From positions 1-60,560 of IMG/VR virus record IMGVR_UViG_3300005512_000032: DNA of 60,560 nucleotides, one strand, 5' to 3'. Under the pieces are notes generated by a model that was not told where the DNA came from, made no database searches, and saw only the letters and a program-made list of their open reading frames with translations. Below, piece by piece: positions 27,232-37,976 of this stretch. The position numbers were made by a program, and so were the translations under genes. The stretch comes from a virus. Its lineage: Duplodnaviria; Caudoviricetes. Position 1 is the first letter of the stretch. Each line of letters opens with the position of its first letter.

Positions 27232-30200
27232 ATGGCGTTTGATATTAACAGACTACGCACGGACCAGCTCCAGCGTCTCATCGAAGTTGACCTCGATGTA
27301 AACCAACTCGAAACCTCTGAGTTGGAAGATCTTCTTGCCAGTCAAGAGGAATACTCTGATCTTGGTGCAGGCTTCGCAAGTCTTGGCTCTGCATTACAAA
27401 CCGGTCTGGCCGGTATTCTTGGTAGTGAAGATCTGGCAGAACAAGCCCGAAGAACTCAAGAAGAGATCGCTCTCCGTAGAACTCCAGACGTGCCATCCAT
27501 CATCGAGTCTTTCGAAGAAGAAGGAATACTCGGTGGTCTGGCAGATGTACCAGAGTACATTCAAGAACAACTCTTTTTCTCTCTCCCTCAACTTGCAGGA
27601 CAACTCGGTGCCGGTGTCATCGGTACCCGATTGGGCGGTCCTCGTGTAGGTGCGGCGGCCGCTGTAGCCGCAGGCACTCCTGCGTTTGCCGGTTACAACA
27701 TCCAACGGCAAATGGAAGAGCAAGGCATTGGCATCGAAGACGCACAGGTCGCCAAAGCATTTGCAGTGGGCACAGGTCAGGCCGCTCTTGATGCAGTCAT
27801 TGGTCGGACATTGGGTGTATTCGGGCGCACTAAAGGCGCCGAAGAAATTGCAAAGGCGGCCGAGCGCGGTATTACGTCACGTATTGCCAGAAAAGGATTG
27901 GAAGGCGCAGGCGTTGAAGCGGCGACAGAGTTCGGGCAACAGACGCTGGAAATATTACAGGCAAACCCAGAGAAGTTTTTTGAGTTCGGGCCTGAAGTGC
28001 AACGTGAGTTGGCAGAATCTGCCATTGCCGGTGGTCTAATCGGTGGAACTATCTCTGCGCCCGCAGGGATCATGAAGCCACGAGACCAAGCGGTTGAGAA
28101 ACAAACAGACCTTGAGCGTCATCTCCAAGAAGAGGCAGAGGAAACTCGCCGCATGGAGGAAGAGGCCGCTCGGTTTGAGGGCGAAACACTTCGTCTTGAA
28201 CAACTTCCTCCAGAGCTCCCTGCTCCAGAGACTGCCCCAGCTCTACCTTCCCCTGATCAGCCATCGATACAAGTACCCCCGACAGCCAGACAGCGTGGAA
28301 CGGTAGAAGGCCGCCTTGCCGGCATGCAAGAGACAGTCCGTGAGGAAGGTGTTGGCCGTGCGCCTATCTTTGAAGAGCCACAGACTCCAGAGGTATTAGA
28401 GGGTGAGGTTGTCGGTGGACTACCCGCTGTCCGAGAGCCGGAGCCTGCGCCCGAATTAGACATCCCAGTATCCACTGTTCGTAGACCTGCCTTACCAAGA
28501 GGCACAGGTGCCATTCAAGTCCCGCCCACTGCAAGACAGCGCGGAGCGAGAGAAGATCAACTGGCTGGCATGGAAGAGGTTGTGTCAGGTGTCACACAGC
28601 CGACAACAACAGGCCGTGAAGAGCAAATCATCAGAGACCGCAAAAATGAGGCGGTGGATCCATTCAATGATGATAGGGCTCGGCAACTCTTCAACAAGGT
28701 CAATCGTGAAGAAGAGGCGGGCAATACAGTCAAGGCTAAGAACGCACGTCAAAAGCTCCAAGAGAGATTGCGTGAGATCGGATATAGCGCTGAAGAAGTG
28801 TCGAGACTTCTTTCTGGCACACCGGCACAGCGAGAACAGCGCCGCTTGTTCTCACAGAAGGTAGCGCGTCAAGAGGCCGAGCAAGTTCGTGAGACCGCCA
28901 AACAGGCGTATGACTCAAGCACAATCAGTAACTTTAATCAGCGTGCAGAGCGGATCCGTAAAGACTTGGGCTCAGAGCTCCGTAAGCTCGGCCTGTCGGA
29001 CGTTGCGCTTCGGATGGACAAGGTCATTAGACCTGAGCCCGAAACACTGGCAGAGGGTGTTACAGAGCAGGACAAGTTCGGAAACATTCTGATTGCCCTG
29101 TCATCCCAGATCTATTCACCCGGCATGTCAGATGCCGAGCTCAAAGCCAAGCTCCGTGAGGTGATGAATCACGAGATGATTCACGCCATGAAGATGCTCG
29201 GTCTATTCACTGACGCCGAGTACCAGTCTTTGGTTAAGGCGGCAACGAACCAGAAGTTTGTGGATAAGCAGGGTAACCAGCGCATGTTCTCGTACCTTGA
29301 TCGAGCACAGCGTTTGTACGCCAACGACACCCCAGAGATTCAACAGGAAGAGGCGATTGCCGAACTGTTCCGTGACTGGGCGGCAGGACGTAAAGCTATT
29401 GGTGGTAAGCCACAGACTCTGTTCCAGAAAATTATCAAGTTTATCAAAAGCTTGGGCGGAGTCCTCAACAAGGAAGGCTTTGACGATCCGTCGAAGATCT
29501 TCGAGGCAATCCAGTCTGGTGAGATTGGACGCCGTGAGCGCAACACAGCCAAGGCTGTTGGTATTGATGATACGCAAGGGACACAGCGTTTCTCACGTCA
29601 GGCAAACGTAGATCAGTGGCTTGCCAATTCAGTCGTAAAGAATGATGTGTATCACGCCACACTGAATACATTCCCTGCATTCAGAACTGACCGGACTGAT
29701 GACGGCGCGATTCATTTTGGGCCAGAGCCCGAAACAGGTATCGAGCGGTTAGGTGAAATCGCACGCTTCCAGATTCAGCAAGAGCTCGAAGACGGCGAGG
29801 TATTTTTCCCTCGAATGATCACAGCAAAGATCAAAATGGAAAATCCTCTCCGCGTCCCGTTTGACATGGGGAACTGGGGTGACTGGGCTCTGTGGCGAAG
29901 CGCCTTGTCCAGAGGTAGTTTCCAATTCACGCAGGGAATGCCTCAAGCACGACTGCGTAACTACGTTCTGAATGACCCCACGTTACAAGAGTTGTACCGC
30001 AGACTGTCAGCAATTGAAGAGAGTCAGCGTGAGTATTATCGCAAAAACCCAGACAGCCCAGACCTGATTGAGACTGACGATTTTACGGGAGAGGAGTATC
30101 GCCTTAGTCCAGACCGTTTATCTCCAAGTGATGTTGTCAAACCGGATACCATTTGGCTTGAGCTCGAAGACATGGGATTCGACGGTGTCATCTACCAGAA

Positions 30201-33200
30201 CTTCGGAGAGTCTGATTTTGGCGAGGAGTCATTCCTTGTATGGGACGCTGACCAAATCTACGTGGAAGCCATAGAAGATATTCAATACGGCGATGTACCG
30301 TACATGGCGGAGTTTAAAGACCCTAGAGAGTCCATGTCTATTGAGAACTTGGCTCGGGAAGCAAAGCGGCCAATTCTTGGAAGGCAAACACAGATTGCTG
30401 ATCTGGATGCGTTCGAAGCAGGAGACTCCCAGACGCGAATTTCTATGCTGTCAGAGACTTTGGTTGGTGAGCGTGGCCTTGAACCAATCCGCCAACCAGC
30501 TCGCATGATGTACTCCCGCCGCGCCATGGCCAACCCATACAACGTGAACATGCAGGACACTATTGTTCCGATCTATCCGGGCACAGAGAACGCACTGAAC
30601 CGTAAGCAAGGCTCCGTTAAGAAAGAAGTGTTTGCCCGTGAGATGTTCGAGCGGACAGGTCTTGATGGTCTGATTGAATACAACGAAGACACCATGGAGC
30701 AGGCGGCCCGCAAGATGGCGACCGAAGCACTCATGGCGCTTCAGTTCGACAACAATGCAATCGGGTGGTATGACGAGAAACTCCGTCAAGCCAAGAACGT
30801 GGTGGAGCTCGTTGAGCCCTCTATCTTTGCAAGCCCAGAGAATGAGTTAGCGTTTGACTACGCACTCGCTGTCACGTCCAACGGTACAGCAGTCATTGAT
30901 AACTTCCCGTACGCTTTATCTGCGTACCGGTACTGGATGAAGAACAACCGCTTCCCGGTTGAAGACTTCACCGTAGGCGGTGAGCGGATCAACGACATGA
31001 AGAAGTCGTTCAGGTTCTACAATGAGTACCAGAACTTGTACAACTCAGGACAGATTGATACCCCATTGGGTGAGTTCTTGGACAACCAGTACCAAGTCCG
31101 TGATCTCAAAAAGGTTCTTCGTGGACTACGCGACAAGTACGACATCAAGATCAGCATCCCAACAGGCGAAGGTGCAAACGCTGTTGTCCGTGGTAGTTTG
31201 ATTCTCGGACCAAAGATTGGCCAAGGTTTCTATCAAAACCTCCGTGGAAACTACAACGAATTGACCGCTGATATGTGGTGGATGCGGATGTGGAACCGGA
31301 TGGTTGGTAATCCGTTCAAGCCACGCCCAACAGCCGAGGTGATCAAAGAACGTAGACAGAAGATGCGTGACCAGATCCGCAATCCTGTCGGTAGCTTAGA
31401 AGCTACAATTATCGAGGACGCTATTCAGCGCTCTGGTTTAAATCGTTCTGACATGAAGTCCAACAGAAACTTAGATGAGTTGGCGGTTGCCATTCGTTCA
31501 CGTTGGAACTCGTACTTCCGTAAGTTCAAGGAAGAGCAGGGTGTTAATCCGGAGAAGCCAAACTTCTTCCGGTTCGTTGACACCTATGTAGGCGGTCTAA
31601 ACGATCAGCTTGAAGACGCACCACGCGGACCAGCAGAACGTCAGTTCATGCGTGACACCACTGCACGAGCACGTGAGTTGCTCCAGCAAGAAGGTGTAAA
31701 TATTAACACTGCTGACTTCCAAGCGCTTCTTTGGTATCCTGAGAAACGCCTGTGGTTATCAGGCGGTGTGGCTCCGGGCCGTGGTTCGGATAACGATTAC
31801 GCAGATGCCGCAATTGAAGCGGCAAGACAAGAGGGGATTTCGGATGAACGAATCCAAGAAGCACTCGCCGATACAAGACCAAAAGGTGTCGCCGCTGACA
31901 GACGTGCCGGATCACCTGATGCCGGAGTTGATCAAGGAGCTGGCCGCACTGACACCAGTGCAGAAAGGTTCTCGCGGCGCCCAGACAGCACAACAGCAGG
32001 CAATGCCGCAAGACGTGTCGCCAACCGTGCAGGGACTAATGGACAAGTATGGAATGTCACTCGAAGAGGCGGAAGCGTACGACAGGCTAACGTAGTTGCC
32101 TCGTACCGTGTCGATCCAGATTTTGCACAAGAGTATTCCACGGGCGGAATATCCACGCCCGAAGTAGTTGAGCTCGAGCAGTCGCCCGAATCAGCGGCTG
32201 TCTTTGCTCAGGCAATTGCCAGCGCATCAACCAAGTCTCCATACGCACCTGCCGTCTACATCTATCCAGAGGCAGATTATACAGGCATGCGTCTGTTTAT
32301 GAATCCAGAAGGCAATGCAGGGTTTGCCCTGAAAGGGAATGACATTGTCAGCGTCTTCAATGATCCAGACAATGGCCTGTCCCGTGTTTCGTATCCAATG
32401 ATCCGCCTTGCGTTCGAGTTAGGCGGCCGTAAGTTGGATGCGTTTGACACAGTCCTTCCAGAGATCTACAGCCAGAATAGCTTCCGCGCTATCAGTCGCA
32501 CACCTTGGAACGATGAGTTCGCTCCAGAGGGCTGGGACAAGCAAGTGTTCCAGACATGGAACAACGGTGAGCCTGATGTTGTGTTCATGGCTTACGATCC
32601 CAAGGCAAAAGAATATCAGGAAGGTGATGGTGAGCTGTTCCAAGACTACGATGAGGCAGTGGCCGCACAGGATGAACAGGCACAACGTTACTCACGTCGA
32701 TTCTCAAGACCGTCTGAATCAGATTTCAGTCTTGAGGAGATCACCAACCGGCTAGTCCAGCAGGCGCCCGAAAAAAATCCAATCATGAAAGTCTTCGACA
32801 AGTTCTTCTTGGGACGGCTCGAAGGCGAAACACGTTGGCAAGCATTCACACGTAACGCAGTGAACAAGTTTTTGCCGGGTTACCTGTTAGACAACTACGT
32901 CAACGGTGAGATCACAGATCCCGCAAACAGTGTCGGGCGTGCCATGGAGCTGTCACAGAACATGAGTGGCCGTCTCTGGGCGCTGTCTGAACTGGGTGCC
33001 ATGCGTTTCAATCCAGACTCCGGAACGGTTGAAGTGATCGACGCACCTGACAACATGGGTCTTCGTGAAATCTTCGAGCCAATCGGTACACAGTACCAAC
33101 AAGAATACTACGCGTATGCGATTGCCAGACGTGAGCTGAAGCTCCGTGAGCAAGGCCGCCAAGGATTCAAGAACCTGAGCAAGGATGACGCACAGCGGAC

Positions 33201-35343
33201 CGTGTCTCAGTTCGAGCAGAAGTATCCGTTCTTCCGTGATGTACACAACAACTACACACGGTTCAACCAGCGCATGATTAAGTTAGGTATTGACGCAGGA
33301 CTCATCACACAGGAGCAGGGTGACAACTTCATGGATATGGACTACGTACCATTTTATCGGTACGCAGAGTCTGCCATGGATCAGGCCGAGCTCTCCAAAG
33401 CGATGGCCGCTCGTGCTCACCAGTCGCTGAAAGATCCAAACGTGTTTGAGAAAGAGTTGGAAGGTGGCACGCTCAAGTTGGGCGACATGTACGAGAACAT
33501 CTCAATGAACTCTGGCTTGATTCTTTCGGCCGCGTTGAAAAACTACGCCATGCAAAAGACTGCTGATGCACTGGATCAAGCGACCGCCATGGGTGGACCG
33601 AAGTCGTGGGGACGTAAAGCAAAAGAGGGTGACGCTGGCGAAAAGATCACGTTCTACAGAGACGGTGAGAAAGTTCAGTACATCATCTCGGATCCTGCAC
33701 TGTGGTCTGCTGTGTCTGGATTAAACGCCAAGCAGAAAGAGTCTTGGGTCAAGGGTCTTGAGATGATAGGGGGCATTCTTCGTTCTGGTGTCACACTGAC
33801 TCCGGGCTTCCAGTTAGCCAACCTATGGCGAGGCAAGATCGATGCGTACGTGAAAACGGGTATCGAGCCGTATCGCTTTGATGAAACAGTCAAGGCCATG
33901 CGTGATGTCTACAAAAACAACAAGGACGTAGAGCAGTTCAAGGTGCTTTCTGGAATGGGTGGCTACCTGTACGGCGCTGACGCTGAGTCGCTGGCCGAAA
34001 CAATGAAGCGCTCATACCGGCTCAAAGAACCCGGCGGCCCAGCCATGCAACAGATTGGCGACCGGTTCAAAATGGTTGTTGCAGAGCTCGAGAAGACCGG
34101 TGAGGCATCTGAATTGGCGGAGCGTATTGTGATCATGCGTAAGCTGATGTCTGAAGGCATGAGCGAGCGTGAGGCGGCGTTCCAAGGATTGAACCTGATC
34201 AACTACGGGCGCCGTGGTGCAGGTGGATCACCTGTCATGAGCGGTATCGTGAACTTCTTGGTTCCGACTGTTCCGTTCTTGAATGCGCGGATCCAAGGCT
34301 TGGCTCGATTGATCGAAGATCCAAATACTCCCGGTGAGTTAAAAGCAACAGCGTTCCGTGAGATCGCAGGACGAGGCATGTTGATTACTGCCGCCTCTGT
34401 TGGTCTTGGTCTTCTGGCAATGCAGGACGAAGAGCGGTGGGACAACGAGACCATCACTGAAAAGGTTGCCAACGATATTATCTATATCGGTGACACCAAG
34501 ATCCGTATCCCGAAAGCGTTCGAGGTTGGCGCAATCTTTGGCACAATTCCTGTCATGACACTGGATGCAATCCGTCAACGAGATGGATCGGATCTGGCAA
34601 ACGCAACGGGGCACATTCTCTTGAGCACGTTCGCGTTCAACCCAGTTCCACAGGGATTATTGCCTGTGCTTGAGGTCACGGCAAACTATGATTCGTTCCG
34701 TGGTGCCCCGATTGAAAGCATTGCGCTTCAGAGGTTCCCGACAGAGCTCCGTGCGTACGAGACCACGCCCGAAATATACAAGTTCCTGTCACGCAACGGC
34801 GGGTCATTAGTGGGACTATCCCCGCTCGAAATCCAACAACTTGTCGAAGGGTATTTAGGAACCATGGCGACCAACTTCGTTGCATCAACAGATACATTGA
34901 TGTCGGCAACAGGTGCCATTCCAGAGAAGCCAGCGGGTACATTCGGCAATCCGTTTGTGACATCGACCGCACAGATCTTGGGACTGAATCGATTCGTTCG
35001 TGAGGACGGGGAAGGTGCGTCTCGGTTTGTATCAGACTTCTACGAGATGAAGCGCGACATAGACCAGACATATGCCGCTATCAAAGAGGCATCAATTGCT
35101 GGTCAGACAGATTACGTGAATGATCTTCTCGAAGAGAAGGGTGCGGCGATTGGGTTCAGAACATACTTTAATCGAGTTGCCAAGCAGATGTCTGAGATCA
35201 ACAAGGCGATTGACTCTGTAAGAAGAGACCCGAACCTTGATTCAGTGACCAAGCAAGAGCGTCTCAAAGAGCTCAGGCAAACCAAGACAAGGTTGGCGGG
35301 CCAGATGGTTACAGCGGCTAAGTCCTCAGGCTATTTTGATTAG
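27232..35343 (+). CDS. Large polyvalent virion-injected protein (zincin MPTase, ART-like, GNAT-like and LPD38-like domains)
   Basis: 2703 aa; HEMIH..EEAIAE metallopeptidase; VYHAT..F..F, IHFG, FDGVIYQN..E..SFLVWDADQI ART-like; LDAFDTVLPEIY GNAT-like; C-terminal PFLNA.IQG, RIPKAFEVG and NYD.FRG.PI. Confidence 0.75.
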   Translation: MAFDINRLRTDQLQRLIEVDLDVNQLETSELEDLLASQEEYSDLGAGFASLGSALQTGLAGILGSEDLAEQARRTQEEIALRRTPDVPSIIESFEEEGILGGLADVPEYIQEQLFFSLPQLAGQLGAGVIGTRLGGPRVGAAAAVAAGTPAFAGYNIQRQMEEQGIGIEDAQVAKAFAVGTGQAALDAVIGRTLGVFGRTKGAEEIAKAAERGITSRIARKGLEGAGVEAATEFGQQTLEILQANPEKFFEFGPEVQRELAESAIAGGLIGGTISAPAGIMKPRDQAVEKQTDLERHLQEEAEETRRMEEEAARFEGETLRLEQLPPELPAPETAPALPSPDQPSIQVPPTARQRGTVEGRLAGMQETVREEGVGRAPIFEEPQTPEVLEGEVVGGLPAVREPEPAPELDIPVSTVRRPALPRGTGAIQVPPTARQRGAREDQLAGMEEVVSGVTQPTTTGREEQIIRDRKNEAVDPFNDDRARQLFNKVNREEEAGNTVKAKNARQKLQERLREIGYSAEEVSRLLSGTPAQREQRRLFSQKVARQEAEQVRETAKQAYDSSTISNFNQRAERIRKDLGSELRKLGLSDVALRMDKVIRPEPETLAEGVTEQDKFGNILIALSSQIYSPGMSDAELKAKLREVMNHEMIHAMKMLGLFTDAEYQSLVKAATNQKFVDKQGNQRMFSYLDRAQRLYANDTPEIQQEEAIAELFRDWAAGRKAIGGKPQTLFQKIIKFIKSLGGVLNKEGFDDPSKIFEAIQSGEIGRRERNTAKAVGIDDTQGTQRFSRQANVDQWLANSVVKNDVYHATLNTFPAFRTDRTDDGAIHFGPEPETGIERLGEIARFQIQQELEDGEVFFPRMITAKIKMENPLRVPFDMGNWGDWALWRSALSRGSFQFTQGMPQARLRNYVLNDPTLQELYRRLSAIEESQREYYRKNPDSPDLIETDDFTGEEYRLSPDRLSPSDVVKPDTIWLELEDMGFDGVIYQNFGESDFGEESFLVWDADQIYVEAIEDIQYGDVPYMAEFKDPRESMSIENLAREAKRPILGRQTQIADLDAFEAGDSQTRISMLSETLVGERGLEPIRQPARMMYSRRAMANPYNVNMQDTIVPIYPGTENALNRKQGSVKKEVFAREMFERTGLDGLIEYNEDTMEQAARKMATEALMALQFDNNAIGWYDEKLRQAKNVVELVEPSIFASPENELAFDYALAVTSNGTAVIDNFPYALSAYRYWMKNNRFPVEDFTVGGERINDMKKSFRFYNEYQNLYNSGQIDTPLGEFLDNQYQVRDLKKVLRGLRDKYDIKISIPTGEGANAVVRGSLILGPKIGQGFYQNLRGNYNELTADMWWMRMWNRMVGNPFKPRPTAEVIKERRQKMRDQIRNPVGSLEATIIEDAIQRSGLNRSDMKSNRNLDELAVAIRSRWNSYFRKFKEEQGVNPEKPNFFRFVDTYVGGLNDQLEDAPRGPAERQFMRDTTARARELLQQEGVNINTADFQALLWYPEKRLWLSGGVAPGRGSDNDYADAAIEAARQEGISDERIQEALADTRPKGVAADRRAGSPDAGVDQGAGRTDTSAERFSRRPDSTTAGNAARRVANRAGTNGQVWNVTRRGGSVRQANVVASYRVDPDFAQEYSTGGISTPEVVELEQSPESAAVFAQAIASASTKSPYAPAVYIYPEADYTGMRLFMNPEGNAGFALKGNDIVSVFNDPDNGLSRVSYPMIRLAFELGGRKLDAFDTVLPEIYSQNSFRAISRTPWNDEFAPEGWDKQVFQTWNNGEPDVVFMAYDPKAKEYQEGDGELFQDYDEAVAAQDEQAQRYSRRFSRPSESDFSLEEITNRLVQQAPEKNPIMKVFDKFFLGRLEGETRWQAFTRNAVNKFLPGYLLDNYVNGEITDPANSVGRAMELSQNMSGRLWALSELGAMRFNPDSGTVEVIDAPDNMGLREIFEPIGTQYQQEYYAYAIARRELKLREQGRQGFKNLSKDDAQRTVSQFEQKYPFFRDVHNNYTRFNQRMIKLGIDAGLITQEQGDNFMDMDYVPFYRYAESAMDQAELSKAMAARAHQSLKDPNVFEKELEGGTLKLGDMYENISMNSGLILSAALKNYAMQKTADALDQATAMGGPKSWGRKAKEGDAGEKITFYRDGEKVQYIISDPALWSAVSGLNAKQKESWVKGLEMIGGILRSGVTLTPGFQLANLWRGKIDAYVKTGIEPYRFDETVKAMRDVYKNNKDVEQFKVLSGMGGYLYGADAESLAETMKRSYRLKEPGGPAMQQIGDRFKMVVAELEKTGEASELAERIVIMRKLMSEGMSEREAAFQGLNLINYGRRGAGGSPVMSGIVNFLVPTVPFLNARIQGLARLIEDPNTPGELKATAFREIAGRGMLITAASVGLGLLAMQDEERWDNETITEKVANDIIYIGDTKIRIPKAFEVGAIFGTIPVMTLDAIRQRDGSDLANATGHILLSTFAFNPVPQGLLPVLEVTANYDSFRGAPIESIALQRFPTELRAYETTPEIYKFLSRNGGSLVGLSPLEIQQLVEGYLGTMATNFVASTDTLMSATGAIPEKPAGTFGNPFVTSTAQILGLNRFVREDGEGASRFVSDFYEMKRDIDQTYAAIKEASIAGQTDYVNDLLEEKGAAIGFRTYFNRVAKQMSEINKAIDSVRRDPNLDSVTKQERLKELRQTKTRLAGQMVTAAKSSGYFD

Positions 35344-35773
35344 GCGTGTGTAGCCGATTACTTTTGTAATGACAAACAATCTCTGTGTCTGCGGGGTCGT
35401 TTCTGTCCACTCTCCCGCCCATGGCGTGGAAGTCAGGCTCTTCATCGAAGTCGATAAAACAAACTGCATCGTCATATTCGATTACAAAGAACGCAGGAAC
35501 TCCAAGTAGATCGGAGTACTGGTGGGCGGCAAGTCTTTTGGATGCAGAGACCATGATTGTGGGATACTTATACCTAACCACTTGCCTCCGCTTTGTTTCA
35601 ACCAACGCAACCAGCTTGTTTTTTTTGAATAACGCAAAATCCAAGTGGTACGACCTTGGTAGTTTATGCGCCTTGCACTCCCATAATTCTTCCAAAGAAT
35701 TAACCAACACATTTTCATTATCAATGTCGTGTTTGGTTTCATAAATCGGTCTTGGCGGTTCAATATACGTCAC
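35318..35773 (-). CDS. Putative PD-(D/E)XK nuclease-fold protein
   Basis: LDFAL...VETKRR motif. Confidence 0.5.
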   Translation of the reverse strand: MTYIEPPRPIYETKHDIDNENVLVNSLEELWECKAHKLPRSYHLDFALFKKNKLVALVETKRRQVVRYKYPTIMVSASKRLAAHQYSDLLGVPAFFVIEYDDAVCFIDFDEEPDFHAMGGRVDRNDPADTEIVCHYKSNRLHTPNQNSLRT

Positions 35774-35923
35774 TCTATCTCGCTCCTCTCGGCTTCACTT
35801 TCGGTGTCATCTCGTCTTACTCCGGTTTAATTTTTTTTGAGTTTGCGTACTTTGACTACGCAAATCGCCAACTTTTTAAACTAACTGTAGTGCAAAATGC
35901 ACTACATGGATAATGCATTTGCA

Positions 35924-36097
35924 TTACGTGTTCTTCTCTTTCAGCTTCTCCAACGCAGTCACAACCCGATACACGCCTGCTTTCTTCTGCATATCTTCAT
36001 CCGTTGGGCTCAGCAGATACACTGCCTCTTCAAGTGCTTTTGTCAGTTCTTCAATGCGGTTTTCGAGTTCATGGATGCGTTTGCTGTCAAAGCTCAT
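35924..36097 (-). CDS. Small coiled-coil hypothetical protein (57 aa)
   Basis: MSFDSKRIHELENRIEEL...; GGAGG RBS; coupled to the upstream gene. Confidence 0.5.
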   Translation of the reverse strand: MSFDSKRIHELENRIEELTKALEEAVYLLSPTDEDMQKKAGVYRVVTALEKLKEKNT

Positions 36098-36789
36098 GTG
36101 TCCTCCCTTAACAACTCTAATTGATCTTCGGACCTAAGATCCCAGTGCAATGGCGTTTGAATTGAATCGATCTCTCTAGCCATCCGCTCAGGACACCGAC
36201 CATTGCCATTCTTAAAATTCCGAGCTACGTTTACGCTATCTGCTGAAGCAAAAGGCCATCTCTTGCCTGCCTGCGCCAACCCCCTGAGCATGTGAATCCA
36301 AGGTAAATGCGCCCGATGTGTCGCTAAAGCGTCAAATGCTTCATCGCATCTTTTTTCCCACGCAGGCGACCCGACTTGCCAATACTGTCCAGACGATCCG
36401 AAACAAATTTTCGGATAACTGTCCGCTAGTTCAAGCAAGTAATCAGTCGGCAACCCCAAATGCCAAACAGGCGCGGCAAAATCAACCGCAAAAGGCCAGT
36501 CCTGTAATCGCTCTTTTTGTTGCTCTAACGTGCCATCAATGACATCTGGAATGACTGCCCAATGTGGATGCCCTAATCGCGGCTCAACCCACTCATAGAA
36601 TTTATCTAGGTTGAACTCTTTGCCCTGAGTGAATGTCGTAAACGCACCATTGTCCCACATTATGCTTTGACCAATCTGCATACACACTTCCGAGTCATGC
36701 GGATGAGCGAAAGACACGCAAAAATGCTTCCCTGCCATCTTGTACAACTCTGCTCTGGGTGTCAGAGGCGTGCCGTGATAGTGGATCAC
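36094..36789 (-). CDS. Putative TGT/DpdA-like base-exchange-fold protein
   Basis: HYHGTP, DNGAF, IPDVI, PVWH, HMLRG and SADS motifs; coupled to a VUT-family gene. Fold assignment is inferred. Confidence 0.5.
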   Translation of the reverse strand: MIHYHGTPLTPRAELYKMAGKHFCVSFAHPHDSEVCMQIGQSIMWDNGAFTTFTQGKEFNLDKFYEWVEPRLGHPHWAVIPDVIDGTLEQQKERLQDWPFAVDFAAPVWHLGLPTDYLLELADSYPKICFGSSGQYWQVGSPAWEKRCDEAFDALATHRAHLPWIHMLRGLAQAGKRWPFASADSVNVARNFKNGNGRCPERMAREIDSIQTPLHWDLRSEDQLELLREDT

Positions 36790-37244
36790 TTTACAAACTT
36801 CCAAACAATAACTGCACCTATCATCTTGACGCAAATCATGATGACAAGACCAAACCAGTTAAAGAATCCAAGCATGAGCAAAAATACAGCAGAATCTACT
36901 GGAGTCGACACAGCAGACGACAGCAATACGCGGTCTCGCATTGGTTTCTTGGTGTAGGTAAACACTAGCGCGTCAATTATTTCAGAAAGCGCAAACGCGA
37001 CTGCACTTGCGACAGCTACAAATGGATCAGCCATCACATACGACAATAAAACGCCTGCAAGCATCGCTAAATATACCCAAACTCCAATCTCCCTCTGTGC
37101 GTAATCACGCAGTACAAAAATAAATCCGACCAAAAATGTTCCGATTGGAATACTTTGATCAAATGGCAACTCAATCATTGGAAGCATTGAGAACGCAAAA
37201 TTAACAACGACAATGCTCGCCAAGTATGCTGATGTGAATATCAT
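36786..37244 (-). CDS. VUT-family (YhhQ-like, queuosine-precursor) transporter
   Basis: Multi-TM; G..FVLRD..Q, AS..AF..SE..D..VF and R...S...S.PVDS.VF motifs. Confidence 0.75.
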   Translation of the reverse strand: MIFTSAYLASIVVVNFAFSMLPMIELPFDQSIPIGTFLVGFIFVLRDYAQREIGVWVYLAMLAGVLLSYVMADPFVAVASAVAFALSEIIDALVFTYTKKPMRDRVLLSSAVSTPVDSAVFLLMLGFFNWFGLVIMICVKMIGAVIVWKFVK

Positions 37245-37606
37245 GCGTCATCCTCCGGCTCCCAAGACTCACACTCACAGACGTAGCGATTTAAGTTGAG
37301 GCTTGCGCTCCGATCCATGCCGTGTGGTGCATCAGGATGTTGGTTGCATTTATTGCGTTCGTTGCGTTCGTTGCGTTCAGTCTTGAGGTGATCAAAGCCC
37401 TCGACAAGCTCGTGCAATAAATCACGTATATGTTCTAATTCAAAGTCGAATCGTGCATCAATTTCCAACCAGATTGCATTCTCAATCTCTTCAAAAATTT
37501 GTTGAGGCTTTGGTGTGTCTCCGTACTTGTGCGCTCGGTTATATCCGAACTCAACCCCGGTCTCAATACACTCCTCAAGAATCTGCCGTGTTTTTGCCTT
37601 CACCAT
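37241..37606 (-). CDS. Hypothetical protein
   Basis: Coupled ORF; C-terminal HPDAPHG..R..S....RYVCEC. Confidence 0.5.
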   Translation of the reverse strand: MVKAKTRQILEECIETGVEFGYNRAHKYGDTPKPQQIFEEIENAIWLEIDARFDFELEHIRDLLHELVEGFDHLKTERNERNERNKCNQHPDAPHGMDRSASLNLNRYVCECESWEPEDDA

Positions 37607-37976
37607 CCTCATCCTCGCCCGAAACAACCTCCCAACCTATAGCGGCATACCCTGCAATGTCAGTCCATGTATCAAACTGAACCATGTCATTACTCAAACG
37701 GGCCAACTTCAATCCCACCATCATGGCAATCACCATTTCAGGAGAGTAGTCGTGGCCAGTCATGGCAGACCAGATCTTGGCAATCCGTTCGTGGTTTTCA
37801 CGTGGCGTTCCGTACTGATCTTCACGCATACCATTGACCAACTCCTTGGCTGTTTCCAACAAGGAGTCTCGGTTGCATATATCAATCTTCAGATCGATTG
37901 TGTCGCCGAAATACAACTCACTGTCTGCATCGTAATCCATCAATGTGATGTACCGTTCATTTTTTGTCTGATCCAT
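37575..37976 (-). CDS. DUF6378-like phage protein
   Basis: L..A..LVNG.R..QYG.P..N..RIA..WS, LKLAR and D.W.DIAGYA motifs. Confidence 0.7.
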   Translation of the reverse strand: MDQTKNERYITLMDYDADSELYFGDTIDLKIDICNRDSLLETAKELVNGMREDQYGTPRENHERIAKIWSAMTGHDYSPEMVIAMMVGLKLARLSNDMVQFDTWTDIAGYAAIGWEVVSGEDEDGEGKNTADS

